From contig JBBRVK010000002.1 of the NCBI GenBank assembly GCA_038247045.1, positions 1 through 41,359 of the forward strand: 41,359 nucleotides of DNA, written 5' to 3'. This stretch comes from Minisyncoccia bacterium. GTDB lineage: Bacteria; Patescibacteriota; Minisyncoccia; Phycocordibacterales; UBA9973. Position numbers and translations under genes: made by a program. Shown here piece by piece: positions 1 through 7,550 of the stretch. A model generated the notes under the pieces. That model had not been told where the DNA came from. It saw nothing but the letters and a program-made list of their open reading frames with translations, and made no database searches. The number at the start of each line of letters is the position of its first letter. The stretch's first letter is position 1.

Positions 1-84
1 GATTTGAGGGGCGTGGAGCGTAAGATTATCTTTCATTCTTTTCAAAATAAGTTCGCGCAAAGGATAGGATTTCACCACAATTAA
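1..84 (+). CDS. 3' end of an unidentified ORF entering from the left window edge (partial)
   Basis: Frame 1 is open from nt 1 to TAA at 82-84 (...DLRGVERKIIFHSFQNKFAQRIGFHHN*). The stop lies inside the 75-120 hairpin. No family recognised; too short to judge. Confidence 0.25.
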   Translation, partial: DLRGVERKIIFHSFQNKFAQRIGFHHN

Positions 85-120
85 AAAACCTTCGTTCCGA
101 CGAAGGTTTTTTAATTGTGG
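75..120. terminator. Bidirectional terminator-like hairpin with a 20-bp perfect stem
   Basis: Arms ccacaattaaaaaaccttcg / cgaaggttttttaattgtgg around loop ttccga, with A/T runs within the arms. It lies between convergent transcription units. Confidence 0.6.
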
Positions 121-310
121 AGACGAGCAAGCCATCTGCATGGCTTGCGTGCGGGAATCGAACGACGGAACGATATTTTCTCACCAGAGAAAATACGTGA
201 GTCGGTGACCAGACAAAACTTTTTGACGAAAAAGTTTTAATCGAGGTAGATAAGGCTACTGCCGGTCCCACAATCAAAACTATTTCAATAATGAATAATT
301 ACTATTTTCT

Positions 311-2329
311 TTATTCTAAAACTTCCTGCACTACCCCCTGTACGGTATCTCCTTCTTCTGGAATTATTGGCTTATGTATAAGATTAGTACTTTTGGGCAA
401 TAAAATTCTCTTACCATCTTTTTCCCCATAATATTTTATTGTTACATTCTCTCCACCAAGTAGCGCCACAACCCTATCCCCAGTTTCAGGCTTTATGCTA
501 AATTTACATAAAACTAAATCTCCATCATTAATACCAGCTTTATTCATAGAATCACCTATAGCACGCAAAATAAAATATTTATATCCTATTTTTATTTTAC
601 TTTTCTCAACCATTATTATTTCTTCTATGTTTTCTTCCCCCATAAGAGGTGCTCCACATGGAGCAGAACCTACTAGCTGTATGCCAATCATTTCTCTTAA
701 ATAAGGAGATTTTACCTTTTGCTCAATAAATTCTTTTTTATTTTCTTTAGGCGTTTTATCTAATATTTGATTGAAGTATTCTCGTAAATTTTCATCCACA
801 ATATAAACATAGGTTCCTTTTATTCCACGAGTAAGTAATGTTTTATAAATATTTATAACATATCTTTCTAATTCACTAGGATCAGAAACACCATTACGTC
901 CATTTGTATCAAAGTATTTTTCTCTATCTACACAAAACTTTTTTATCATAGTATCATAATAAAATTCTGGACCAATGATTACACCAACGTAATTAAGATC
1001 ATAACCTTGCACTGTATGAATACAACCAACTTCATTAATTGCATTCGGTGAATTAACCCAGTCTTGAGCAGTAGAATTCCAGATCAATTTTAAACCATTT
1101 ATTTCAATATCATGTTTTTGAGTAGATTTACTTCCTGGTTTTGTATGCCATGGCCAAGCATAACCAGCAACAACACGAGAAAGCTTATGTTTTTTATCCT
1201 TTGTTTTTATCTCATTAACCATTTTTTCTATATTATCAAAAAGTCTGAAGTCGTAGTTTGAAAAATTTGTAACACTAGGTGTTTTTAAGTCAAAAATATC
1301 TTCTATAAAATTTATAAAATCATCACCAGCTTCCACTCGCATTTGAGTACTAAGCTGATAATACTTTGGTTTCAAATTTTTAAAATCACTTGATCTAATG
1401 TCTGCAGGTTTAACACTTTGATTCTCATCATAAAAAAATATCTGGTGTTTAGATGAATTCATAATCCAATCAAGTTGTGTTGCTTCTTTATCTAATCCTA
1501 ATGTCTTGTTTACATTATCATAAGCTTCATAACCCATGATACCTTTTCTTCTCTGCAGTCTGTGTGATTCGTCCACAATTAAAACATCGTATTTATCTTT
1601 TATGACATCATTCGGTCCGATTACCATATTTGATTTTAATCCTTTAATTTTTGAAAATACTCTGCTTATTGTCTTACGTAGATTAGACATGGGCACAACC
1701 AGCCCAATCTTAAGATTTTTAGTTTCTTCTTGTTCTTTTAAATATTTAAAAAGATATGTAGCTAAAATTGTTTTACCTGTTCCGGGTTTACCATTAACGA
1801 TAACTGTATTTGTTAAATTATTTTTTATATCTTTAAAAATCTTTTTAGCAGCAGAAAACTGATCTTCTGTTAATGATTTGTATGGTGAATATTTAAACAA
1901 ATCACTATTTTTCAAATCCTCAAGAGTATTTCTAACAATTCCTTTTTCTCTTAAATCATCCCAAGCAATTTCAAACTTTGTTTTGTATTTAACCCTATCG
2001 TAGTAGTTATGATTTTTTAAACCACCATTACCATTTTGAATAACGTATTTCCCGTCAGCAGAAATATACTGAATTAACCAAGATTCAATATCTAAAGTAG
2101 CTGATTTATTATATTCTTCATCTGTTATTATATGAATATTATTTAATTTCTGCCTTTCTGGATTTTCAAAATGCTGCTTACTTCTATAGTAAGCACTCGT
2201 AGTTTCACCTATATAAATTTCTTCACCGTTTTCAATAATATAAACAACAGGCCAATTTTTACCAAATTTGTAATTTTTTATTTGATCAAATTTATCTTTA
2301 TCAAAAGGAAAAGTTTTTATTTCAGACAT
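311..2329 (-). CDS. GIY-YIG-like / DUF2075-type P-loop (SF1 helicase-like) protein fused to a C-terminal LexA/UmuD-type S24 peptidase domain
   Basis: 672-aa ORF. N-terminus VVYIIENGEEIYIGETTSAYYRSKQH...LDIESW is GIY-YIG-like. Walker A VNGKPGTGKT, Walker B VLIVDESHRL, IHTVQGYDLNYVGVIIG. C-terminus LVGSAPCGAPLMG...AIGDSMNKAGINDGDLVL...GDRVVALLGGENVTIKYY...KRILLPKS matches the LexA C-terminal domain motif by motif. Confidence 0.85.
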   Translation of the reverse strand: MSEIKTFPFDKDKFDQIKNYKFGKNWPVVYIIENGEEIYIGETTSAYYRSKQHFENPERQKLNNIHIITDEEYNKSATLDIESWLIQYISADGKYVIQNGNGGLKNHNYYDRVKYKTKFEIAWDDLREKGIVRNTLEDLKNSDLFKYSPYKSLTEDQFSAAKKIFKDIKNNLTNTVIVNGKPGTGKTILATYLFKYLKEQEETKNLKIGLVVPMSNLRKTISRVFSKIKGLKSNMVIGPNDVIKDKYDVLIVDESHRLQRRKGIMGYEAYDNVNKTLGLDKEATQLDWIMNSSKHQIFFYDENQSVKPADIRSSDFKNLKPKYYQLSTQMRVEAGDDFINFIEDIFDLKTPSVTNFSNYDFRLFDNIEKMVNEIKTKDKKHKLSRVVAGYAWPWHTKPGSKSTQKHDIEINGLKLIWNSTAQDWVNSPNAINEVGCIHTVQGYDLNYVGVIIGPEFYYDTMIKKFCVDREKYFDTNGRNGVSDPSELERYVINIYKTLLTRGIKGTYVYIVDENLREYFNQILDKTPKENKKEFIEQKVKSPYLREMIGIQLVGSAPCGAPLMGEENIEEIIMVEKSKIKIGYKYFILRAIGDSMNKAGINDGDLVLCKFSIKPETGDRVVALLGGENVTIKYYGEKDGKRILLPKSTNLIHKPIIPEEGDTVQGVVQEVLE

Positions 2330-2331
2330 AA

Positions 2332-2679
2332 TTATAGTTTATTATATTTTGTGTGCTTCCCCTTTGATTTCTCTATTGGGTATTTTTCAGCATTCTTTCT
2401 CATTTTCTTTTCCGTAGCTTTTATAATATCTATTTTCAAATCATGACTTAAAAGAAGTATCCAATAAAATACATCAGCAAGCTCTTCCCCAATATGCTCT
2501 TTGTGAGTTTTCACATATTCTTCAATTTCTTCCTTTGATTTCCATTGAAAATGCTCTAACACTTCAGATGCTTCAAGTGACAAAGAAATAGCCACATCTT
2601 TAGGATTATGAAACTGTTTCCAGTCTCTTTCGTTTCTAAATTTTAGAATTTTTTTGGTGACTTCCTGAATTTCTGACAT
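2332..2679 (-). CDS. MazG-like nucleoside-triphosphate pyrophosphohydrolase (small all-alpha dimeric type)
   Basis: 115 aa. Carries the metal-binding EXXE / EEXXD motifs (LEASEVLEHFQW ... IGEELADVFYWILLLS). Its stop codon is 2 nt upstream of the ATG of the 311-2329 ORF. Confidence 0.8.
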   Translation of the reverse strand: MSEIQEVTKKILKFRNERDWKQFHNPKDVAISLSLEASEVLEHFQWKSKEEIEEYVKTHKEHIGEELADVFYWILLLSHDLKIDIIKATEKKMRKNAEKYPIEKSKGKHTKYNKL

Positions 2680-2685
2680 GTTTAA

Positions 2686-2714
2686 ATTATCCCATAAAAA
2701 TAAGCTTATTACAA
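2686..2714 (-). promoter_or_regulatory. Putative promoter of the MazG-like/DUF2075-S24 operon
   Basis: Minus strand reads TTGTAA - 17 nt - TGgGATAAT (extended -10). The -10 ends 6 nt before the ATG at 2679, implying a leaderless or near-leaderless mRNA. Confidence 0.35.
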
Positions 2715-2734
2715 ACCAAGACCTCGAATACTTT

Positions 2735-2775
2735 AAATATCACAGATAGGGCCTTAGGCCCTATCTGTGATATTT
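2735..2775. repeat. REP-like perfect palindrome (19-bp stem, 3-nt loop) between divergent promoters
   Basis: aaatatcacagatagggcc tta ggccctatctgtgatattt. The core cagatagggc...gccctatctg recurs at 24214-24244 and 24539-24576. Confidence 0.7.
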
Positions 2776-2804
2776 AATTCTATTTATTTCTACCATTTCT
2801 CATA

Positions 2805-2832
2805 TTGACAAATATTTAATATAATGTATAAT
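2805..2832 (+). promoter_or_regulatory. Sigma70-type promoter for the 473-aa orphan gene
   Basis: TTGACA (2805-2810) - 16 nt - TATAAT (2827-2832). A leader of about 135 nt precedes the ATG at 2969. Confidence 0.5.
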
Positions 2833-2968
2833 AGAAAAAAATTAGTATTAGTTATTTAACAATTTATTAGGAAAAAAGATAGCTTCTAAAAGGAGGTATG
2901 GCTGTCCCCTTGATAAAAATAAGATATTAATCTGAAATTTTTAAACAACTGTAAAAAAACTGCTGAAA

Positions 2969-4390
2969 ATGATAGAAAAGAAAGAAGAAGAAAATGATAA
3001 CTCAGAAGTTATTATTATCGAAAACCCTGAAATAGTTGGTGATGATTATACTGGAGAAATTATCTCTGTGCATACCGGATATGTGTTCATCGGTAACATA
3101 AGGTCTGCATACGCAGCCACTGAGACGAACGGCCATGTTTTTTGCCCCGTTAATCCACAATCAAGTTTTCAACCGGGTGAATTGGTTAAGTTTTCTAAAC
3201 TTAATCCCGACAAAGAACGAGCTGGAAAATTCCGGACCGAAAAAATCCGAAAAATTCAAACAGGACTTGCCATCGATACTCCCGAAGGGAGAATGACGGC
3301 AATCGCAAATTTATCAAAGACGACTTCGCCTTATCATCAGCTAAAGAAACTCATTAATGATAATGATCTTTCAAAAGCCGGTGAAAATAAACCTTTTATT
3401 GAATTCATCCAGCAAATCGGCTGGCTGCTCAACCAAAATGGTGGCTACAACCCTGAGGACATTAACAAACTCGCAGAAAGTTTTGTTGAAAAAACTTTTG
3501 CAATGCTGAAACCTCTTGGGGTTAAATGCTCCATCATGGGAGATGTCGATAAAGCAGGTGAAGAACAGATGATTAATGAGACCATCTCTCTTTATCAAGA
3601 AAATGCCCTACAGGGACAAGCGGAATCTTTGCAAAAAGAATACGCCCAGTTTTTGAAGGTAAGGGAGGCATTTACTTTGATGCACCAAAATGGATTACTT
3701 GACTATAGCTCAGTGATTGATATCAAACACTTGGCTGAATTAACTTTTGCCTTCCCAGTTTGGTTCGTTAGTGCAAAAGAAGGATTGCCGGATTTAGCTA
3801 GAGTTGAAGATCCGTCACCTGATCACGCAATAAGCTTCTTTTCAGACTGTATCGGGTCACGTGAATATGCCTGGTTTTACCAATTGTACAACCGACGGAC
3901 TCGCCCCTTATCCCAATTTAAAGGTAAGGATATCATGCCCCCTTCTATTGTTCGGGTGATGAAACAGGCTAAAGAAATATTTGATTACGTAGCCATTATG
4001 ACTCCATATCACGATGTCGCATCGAAAGAGTGGAGTGACCCTAATTGGCTAAGGAATATCGACCCAATTATGGTCGGATTTCTGAGAGGCTTACCCCACA
4101 TGTTTGTCTTGGGACGTTGGAGTGGTACTGGAATTTTTCCGATGCTGTTGGATTGTATTGCAGACACCGCAAATCATATTACAATCAACAAACATCTGCT
4201 TAAAAATTTTATGTATAACTCTTACTGGTACAAGGGTTTAACAAACGGGATGCTTTCAACAGACAACGACGGTGAATCCGTTTTGAATAAATATGCGGGT
4301 AAGCTTTTACTCGCTTACGAGAGGGGAATATTATTTGGTTTCTTGAGGGGTGAATTAAAAGATAATCCGGGATACAACTATTGGGAATAA
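2969..4390 (+). CDS. Hypothetical protein, GC-rich orphan; N-terminal ~70 aa possibly OB/cold-shock-like
   Basis: Long uninterrupted 473-aa ORF with its own promoter and terminator. GEIISVHTGYVFIG...HVFCPV...PGELVKFS resembles a CSD/S1-like barrel. The rest is unrecognised. Confidence 0.75.
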   Translation: MIEKKEEENDNSEVIIIENPEIVGDDYTGEIISVHTGYVFIGNIRSAYAATETNGHVFCPVNPQSSFQPGELVKFSKLNPDKERAGKFRTEKIRKIQTGLAIDTPEGRMTAIANLSKTTSPYHQLKKLINDNDLSKAGENKPFIEFIQQIGWLLNQNGGYNPEDINKLAESFVEKTFAMLKPLGVKCSIMGDVDKAGEEQMINETISLYQENALQGQAESLQKEYAQFLKVREAFTLMHQNGLLDYSSVIDIKHLAELTFAFPVWFVSAKEGLPDLARVEDPSPDHAISFFSDCIGSREYAWFYQLYNRRTRPLSQFKGKDIMPPSIVRVMKQAKEIFDYVAIMTPYHDVASKEWSDPNWLRNIDPIMVGFLRGLPHMFVLGRWSGTGIFPMLLDCIADTANHITINKHLLKNFMYNSYWYKGLTNGMLSTDNDGESVLNKYAGKLLLAYERGILFGFLRGELKDNPGYNYWE

Positions 4391-4414
4391 TCTTTTCCCA
4401 AAAAAATTAAAACA

Positions 4415-4452
4415 AATAAGCCCTTTGCTAACAGCGAGGGCTTATTATTTTA
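4415..4452 (+). terminator. Intrinsic terminator after the 473-aa gene
   Basis: aataagccct / agggcttatt stem with a 12-nt loop, followed by a T-rich attttat. Confidence 0.6.
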
Positions 4453-4550
4453 TCACAGCCAGCCAATACTTCTCTTTGTATTTGACTTTATAACTCAAAG
4501 TGGTATTGTGGTCCGATAAGTAATGTTCTTTTAAGATTTTAGTTCTGTTG

Positions 4551-4599
4551 TTGAATTATCTTTGTTCCCCTATCCTTTAGAGAGATAAAGATAATTCAA
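4551..4599. promoter_or_regulatory. Inverted repeat upstream of the 141-aa ORF (possible operator or leader hairpin)
   Basis: 13-bp perfect arms ttgaattatcttt / aaagataattcaa separated by 23 nt, ending 27 nt before the ATG at 4627. Confidence 0.35.
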
Positions 4600-4626
4600 T
4601 AATCGTTTAACTAAAATAAATAAAAA

Positions 4627-5052
4627 ATGGAAACTACGGAAAAAAGATTACCAGAAAATGCAACAGAATTACCATCTTTCACGAAAGGTGGAAAAATTTT
4701 AAGCCTTAGAGATATAATTAACAACAAAAAAATTATATCTGTCACCGTAACCTATCTTTCTCAAAAAAGAAAAGTAAAAGCCCCTGGATTTAGAGGATTT
4801 CTAGGAGCGAAAGAAGACTTCCAGGAATTAAAAGAATTAACCATTGAAGACCAAAAAGGTATTTCTTTTAATTTCAAAGACGGAAATGAATTTGCTAAAA
4901 TACGTTTTTACAAAAAAAGAGAATTCGATAAGGTTAAGAACGATGAAGACTATGATTGTAGTACTTTCTGGCGGCAGTATGATTTTTCTAGGGAAATGTC
5001 TTTCCAGATTAATTTTCTCATAAGAAACCTGAAAGACATTGACTGGGTTTAA
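4627..5052 (+). CDS. Hypothetical protein (141 aa)
   Basis: ORF followed by a clean terminator. No recognisable motif, no obvious SD, low GC unlike its upstream neighbour. Confidence 0.55.
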   Translation: METTEKRLPENATELPSFTKGGKILSLRDIINNKKIISVTVTYLSQKRKVKAPGFRGFLGAKEDFQELKELTIEDQKGISFNFKDGNEFAKIRFYKKREFDKVKNDEDYDCSTFWRQYDFSREMSFQINFLIRNLKDIDWV

Positions 5053-5072
5053 AACCGCTAAATAATAAAAGG

Positions 5073-5101
5073 CCTACTAAATAATATTAGTAGGTTTTTT
5101 T
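5073..5101 (+). terminator. Intrinsic terminator
   Basis: cctacta...tagtagg stem followed by a T7 run, 20 nt after the stop at 5052. Confidence 0.7.
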
Positions 5102-5104
5102 AAT

Positions 5105-5136
5105 AAAAAAAACGCCCGGTATCATATGATACCGGG
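5105..5136 (-). terminator. Orphan intrinsic terminator on the minus strand
   Basis: 22-nt perfect palindrome cccggtatcatatgataccggg, followed on the minus strand by T8. No annotated minus-strand ORF lies directly upstream of it. Confidence 0.5.
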
Positions 5137-5317
5137 GTTCCCCAAATAAAATGGGACTAAAATAATATGTAACTAATTTTTTATCTCATGCATCATAGGC
5201 AAGGGGTTTAAAGATTAGCACTCTGGTTAAAAACAAATCTAATTAATATAATTTCAAACATATTTATATTTGTATATATTGGTAAGTGTATAACTTTTTG
5301 TTCATATTTACTTAAAT

Positions 5318-5358
5318 CAAAATTAAAAACCCCACATTAAGTGAGGTTTTTAATTTTG
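5318..5358 (-). terminator. Terminator of the DUF378-like gene
   Basis: caaaattaaaaacc / ggtttttaattttg 14-bp arms, immediately downstream of the stop at 5369. Confidence 0.6.
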
Positions 5359-5368
5359 ATTTACACTA

Positions 5369-5593
5369 TTAATTAGAAGTCTTAGCCCCACTTACGCAGT
5401 GACTACACTCATTTCGATGTGTCATAAGAATGACTAGTGCAGACAAACCAACTAGAATATAAACAAGCCTTGAAACAAGAGCTCCTTGTCCTCCAAAAAT
5501 TAAACCAATGTCCCATTTAAATAAACCCACCAAGAGCCAATTTAATCCTCCAATAATTAAGAGGTAAATAGAAATTACATGTAATGTTTTCAT
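5369..5593 (-). CDS. Small membrane protein, DUF378-like
   Basis: 74 aa with two TM helices. IGGLNWLLVGLF is the signature seen in DUF378 family proteins. Confidence 0.75.
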   Translation of the reverse strand: MKTLHVISIYLLIIGGLNWLLVGLFKWDIGLIFGGQGALVSRLVYILVGLSALVILMTHRNECSHCVSGAKTSN

Positions 5594-5737
5594 CTTTGTT
5601 ATACAAATTATATTAATAATTCGACGTTTAACCTTCTATCTAATTATATCAAACAGTTAAAGTATTTAAAGCTAGTTATCGACATAGAATAAAAACCTAT
5701 TTTATAGACTGGAAAAACCTGCTATTATTAACTATAT

Positions 5738-7123
5738 ATGAAAAACGAGCCTAAACTTACAGTCTCTGGATATAGAGGAATATGGGGAGAAAGTTTAACT
5801 CCCGATATCGTTAGTAATTATATCCGAGCCTTTATTGAATTTGTAAAAGAAAATATTAATAATAATCCAACTATTCTAATTGGTCGTGATGGTAGAGAGA
5901 GTGGACCTGAAATTAAAGAAATAATAATAAAGATTCTTAAAAAAGAGAACATAAATTTTGTCGATGGTGATATTTTACCGACTCCCACCGTTCTCTTTGC
6001 GGTAAAAAAACATAAATACGACAGTGCCATTATCATAACGGCGAGTCATAATCCTCGAGAATACAATGGATTAAAATTTGTCACCAACACCGCCCTATTT
6101 ACGAGTGAAGGTGAAGTAAAAAAAATACAAGACAATTTAAATAAAATTGAAAAAGAAAATATTGAACAAGAAGAAATTTTCAGGGAGAACGACAAAGATA
6201 ATGCTCTTACTAAAAATTTTAATTTTCCCAAAGAACATGCCGACCAGATAATTAAAAATATAGACGTTGAAACGATTAGAACTAAAAAGTGGCGGGTTGG
6301 TGTCGATATGATAAATGCGTCAGCTTGTGTTCTCGACCCATACTTATTTGAGCAATTAGGAGTTGAACTTGTTCCCTTGAATAACATTCCTAATGGTAAT
6401 TTTGGCCATAAACCAGAACCCCTTCGAGAAAACCTAGGCGATATTGCTAACCTGGTAAAAGAAAAAAAATGTAATCTTGGATTTGCTCATGACCCCGACG
6501 CAGATAGACTTGTCATAATAAATGAAAAAGGAGAAGTTATTTTTGAAGAATACACATTAGCTATTGGGGTTGAAGCGATTATGTCTCGAATTGAAAATTT
6601 TGGAATGAGTGTCGTTGTTAATATGTCAACATCACAAATGAGTTCTGATATTGCAAAAAAATATGGCGGAAAATGTTTCCGAAGTAAAGTCGGTGAGGCC
6701 AACGTCGTTGCTAGTATTGAGATAAATAAGGCAATCATTGGCGGTGAAGGTGGTGGTGGAATTATTTATCAAACAATAAACATGGCTCGTGATAGCTTTG
6801 TTAGTCTTGCTCTTATTTTAGAACTACTTGCAAAGAGAAACCAAACAGTCAGTGAGTGTATCGATTCACTTCCAAAATACGAAATGTTTAAAGATAAAAT
6901 ACAAGTTCAAGATGAATTAAGTGAAATATATTCTAAGATGAAGAGTCATTTTAAAGATGGAAAAGTAGATGAGCTCGACGGACTACGACTAGATTTTTCA
7001 GATAGCTCTTGGATACATTTAAGACCTTCAAATACAGAACCGATTATTCGCCTTATTGGAGAAGCTAAAAATAAAGAAAAAATAGAACAACTCTTTGCAG
7101 AAGTGAAAAAAGTAATAACATAA
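5738..7123 (+). CDS. Alpha-D-phosphohexomutase (phosphoglucosamine mutase / PMM-PGM family)
   Basis: 461 aa. Phosphoserine loop TASHNPREYNGLKF, metal loop GFAHDPDADRL, GEGGGG sugar loop. Confidence 0.85.
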   Translation: MKNEPKLTVSGYRGIWGESLTPDIVSNYIRAFIEFVKENINNNPTILIGRDGRESGPEIKEIIIKILKKENINFVDGDILPTPTVLFAVKKHKYDSAIIITASHNPREYNGLKFVTNTALFTSEGEVKKIQDNLNKIEKENIEQEEIFRENDKDNALTKNFNFPKEHADQIIKNIDVETIRTKKWRVGVDMINASACVLDPYLFEQLGVELVPLNNIPNGNFGHKPEPLRENLGDIANLVKEKKCNLGFAHDPDADRLVIINEKGEVIFEEYTLAIGVEAIMSRIENFGMSVVVNMSTSQMSSDIAKKYGGKCFRSKVGEANVVASIEINKAIIGGEGGGGIIYQTINMARDSFVSLALILELLAKRNQTVSECIDSLPKYEMFKDKIQVQDELSEIYSKMKSHFKDGKVDELDGLRLDFSDSSWIHLRPSNTEPIIRLIGEAKNKEKIEQLFAEVKKVIT

Positions 7124-7172
7124 ATTAACGTATAATGGTATTAATACGTTAATATATTAACTAAATATAAAT

Positions 7173-7200
7173 TTGACATTTTATATTTTTCATGTATAAT
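7173..7200 (+). promoter_or_regulatory. Sigma70-type promoter
   Basis: TTGACA - 16 nt - TATAAT. A strong SD (aaaggaggg) lies 9 nt before the ATG at 7237. Confidence 0.55.
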
Positions 7201-7236
7201 ATATAAGAATTTAATAAGAAAGGAGGGTCGGTAGAC

Positions 7237-7533
7237 ATGAAAAATGAAGGGTTAGCAGAATATCTCTTTAGTTTGTACAACAAAAAAGTAGTATTCCCTG
7301 GACTTCTCAAGGAAGTAAAAACGGGAACAAACTATCCAAAAGCGCTGTTGGTTTTAAGAGCAACCCTTTTGTCGGAAAATTATAAAAAGAATCCAGTAAT
7401 AAAAAATTTACGTTCACTGGTTCTAGAAATGTATGAAAAAAATTATGAAATTAAAAAATGGTCAGAAAAAATCGATGACCAAAAAAAAATTTTGTTGATT
7501 TTTAGTTACAAAAAAAGTATTAGGGGGGGGTAA
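7237..7533 (+). CDS. Hypothetical protein (98 aa)
   Basis: Good promoter and SD upstream. The stop lies in the loop of a G/C hairpin terminator. No family recognised. Confidence 0.6.
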   Translation: MKNEGLAEYLFSLYNKKVVFPGLLKEVKTGTNYPKALLVLRATLLSENYKKNPVIKNLRSLVLEMYEKNYEIKKWSEKIDDQKKILLIFSYKKSIRGG

Positions 7534-7550
7534 GCACCCCCTTTTTTTTT
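7523..7550 (+). terminator. Intrinsic terminator (G-run/C-run hairpin plus T9)
   Basis: gggggggg taagca ccccc ttttttttt. Confidence 0.6.

Noticed and set aside
130-175. Possible tRNA or tmRNA gene (GTTCGATTCCCGC...CCA string on the minus strand)
   Set aside because: There is no complementary 5' T-stem (cgtcg versus cccgc), no D-arm or anticodon arm, and no acceptor 5' strand. Only ~175 nt are available before the next ORF, which is too short for tmRNA. It is kept only as a possible tRNA-3'-end remnant.
26-277. 83-aa minus-strand ORF from the ORF track
   Set aside because: It runs through a 20-bp-stem terminator hairpin and three further hairpins. It has an odd composition and overlaps the tail of a plus-strand ORF. 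It is most likely a chance ORF in a structured non-coding region.
2899-2931. 10-codon leader peptide (MAVPLIKIRY*) after an AGGAGG in the leader of the 473-aa gene
   Set aside because: The SD-like AGGAGG ends only 1 nt before the ATG, which is too close for normal initiation. There is no other support. It could still be a decoy or standby site, but that cannot be supported from sequence alone.
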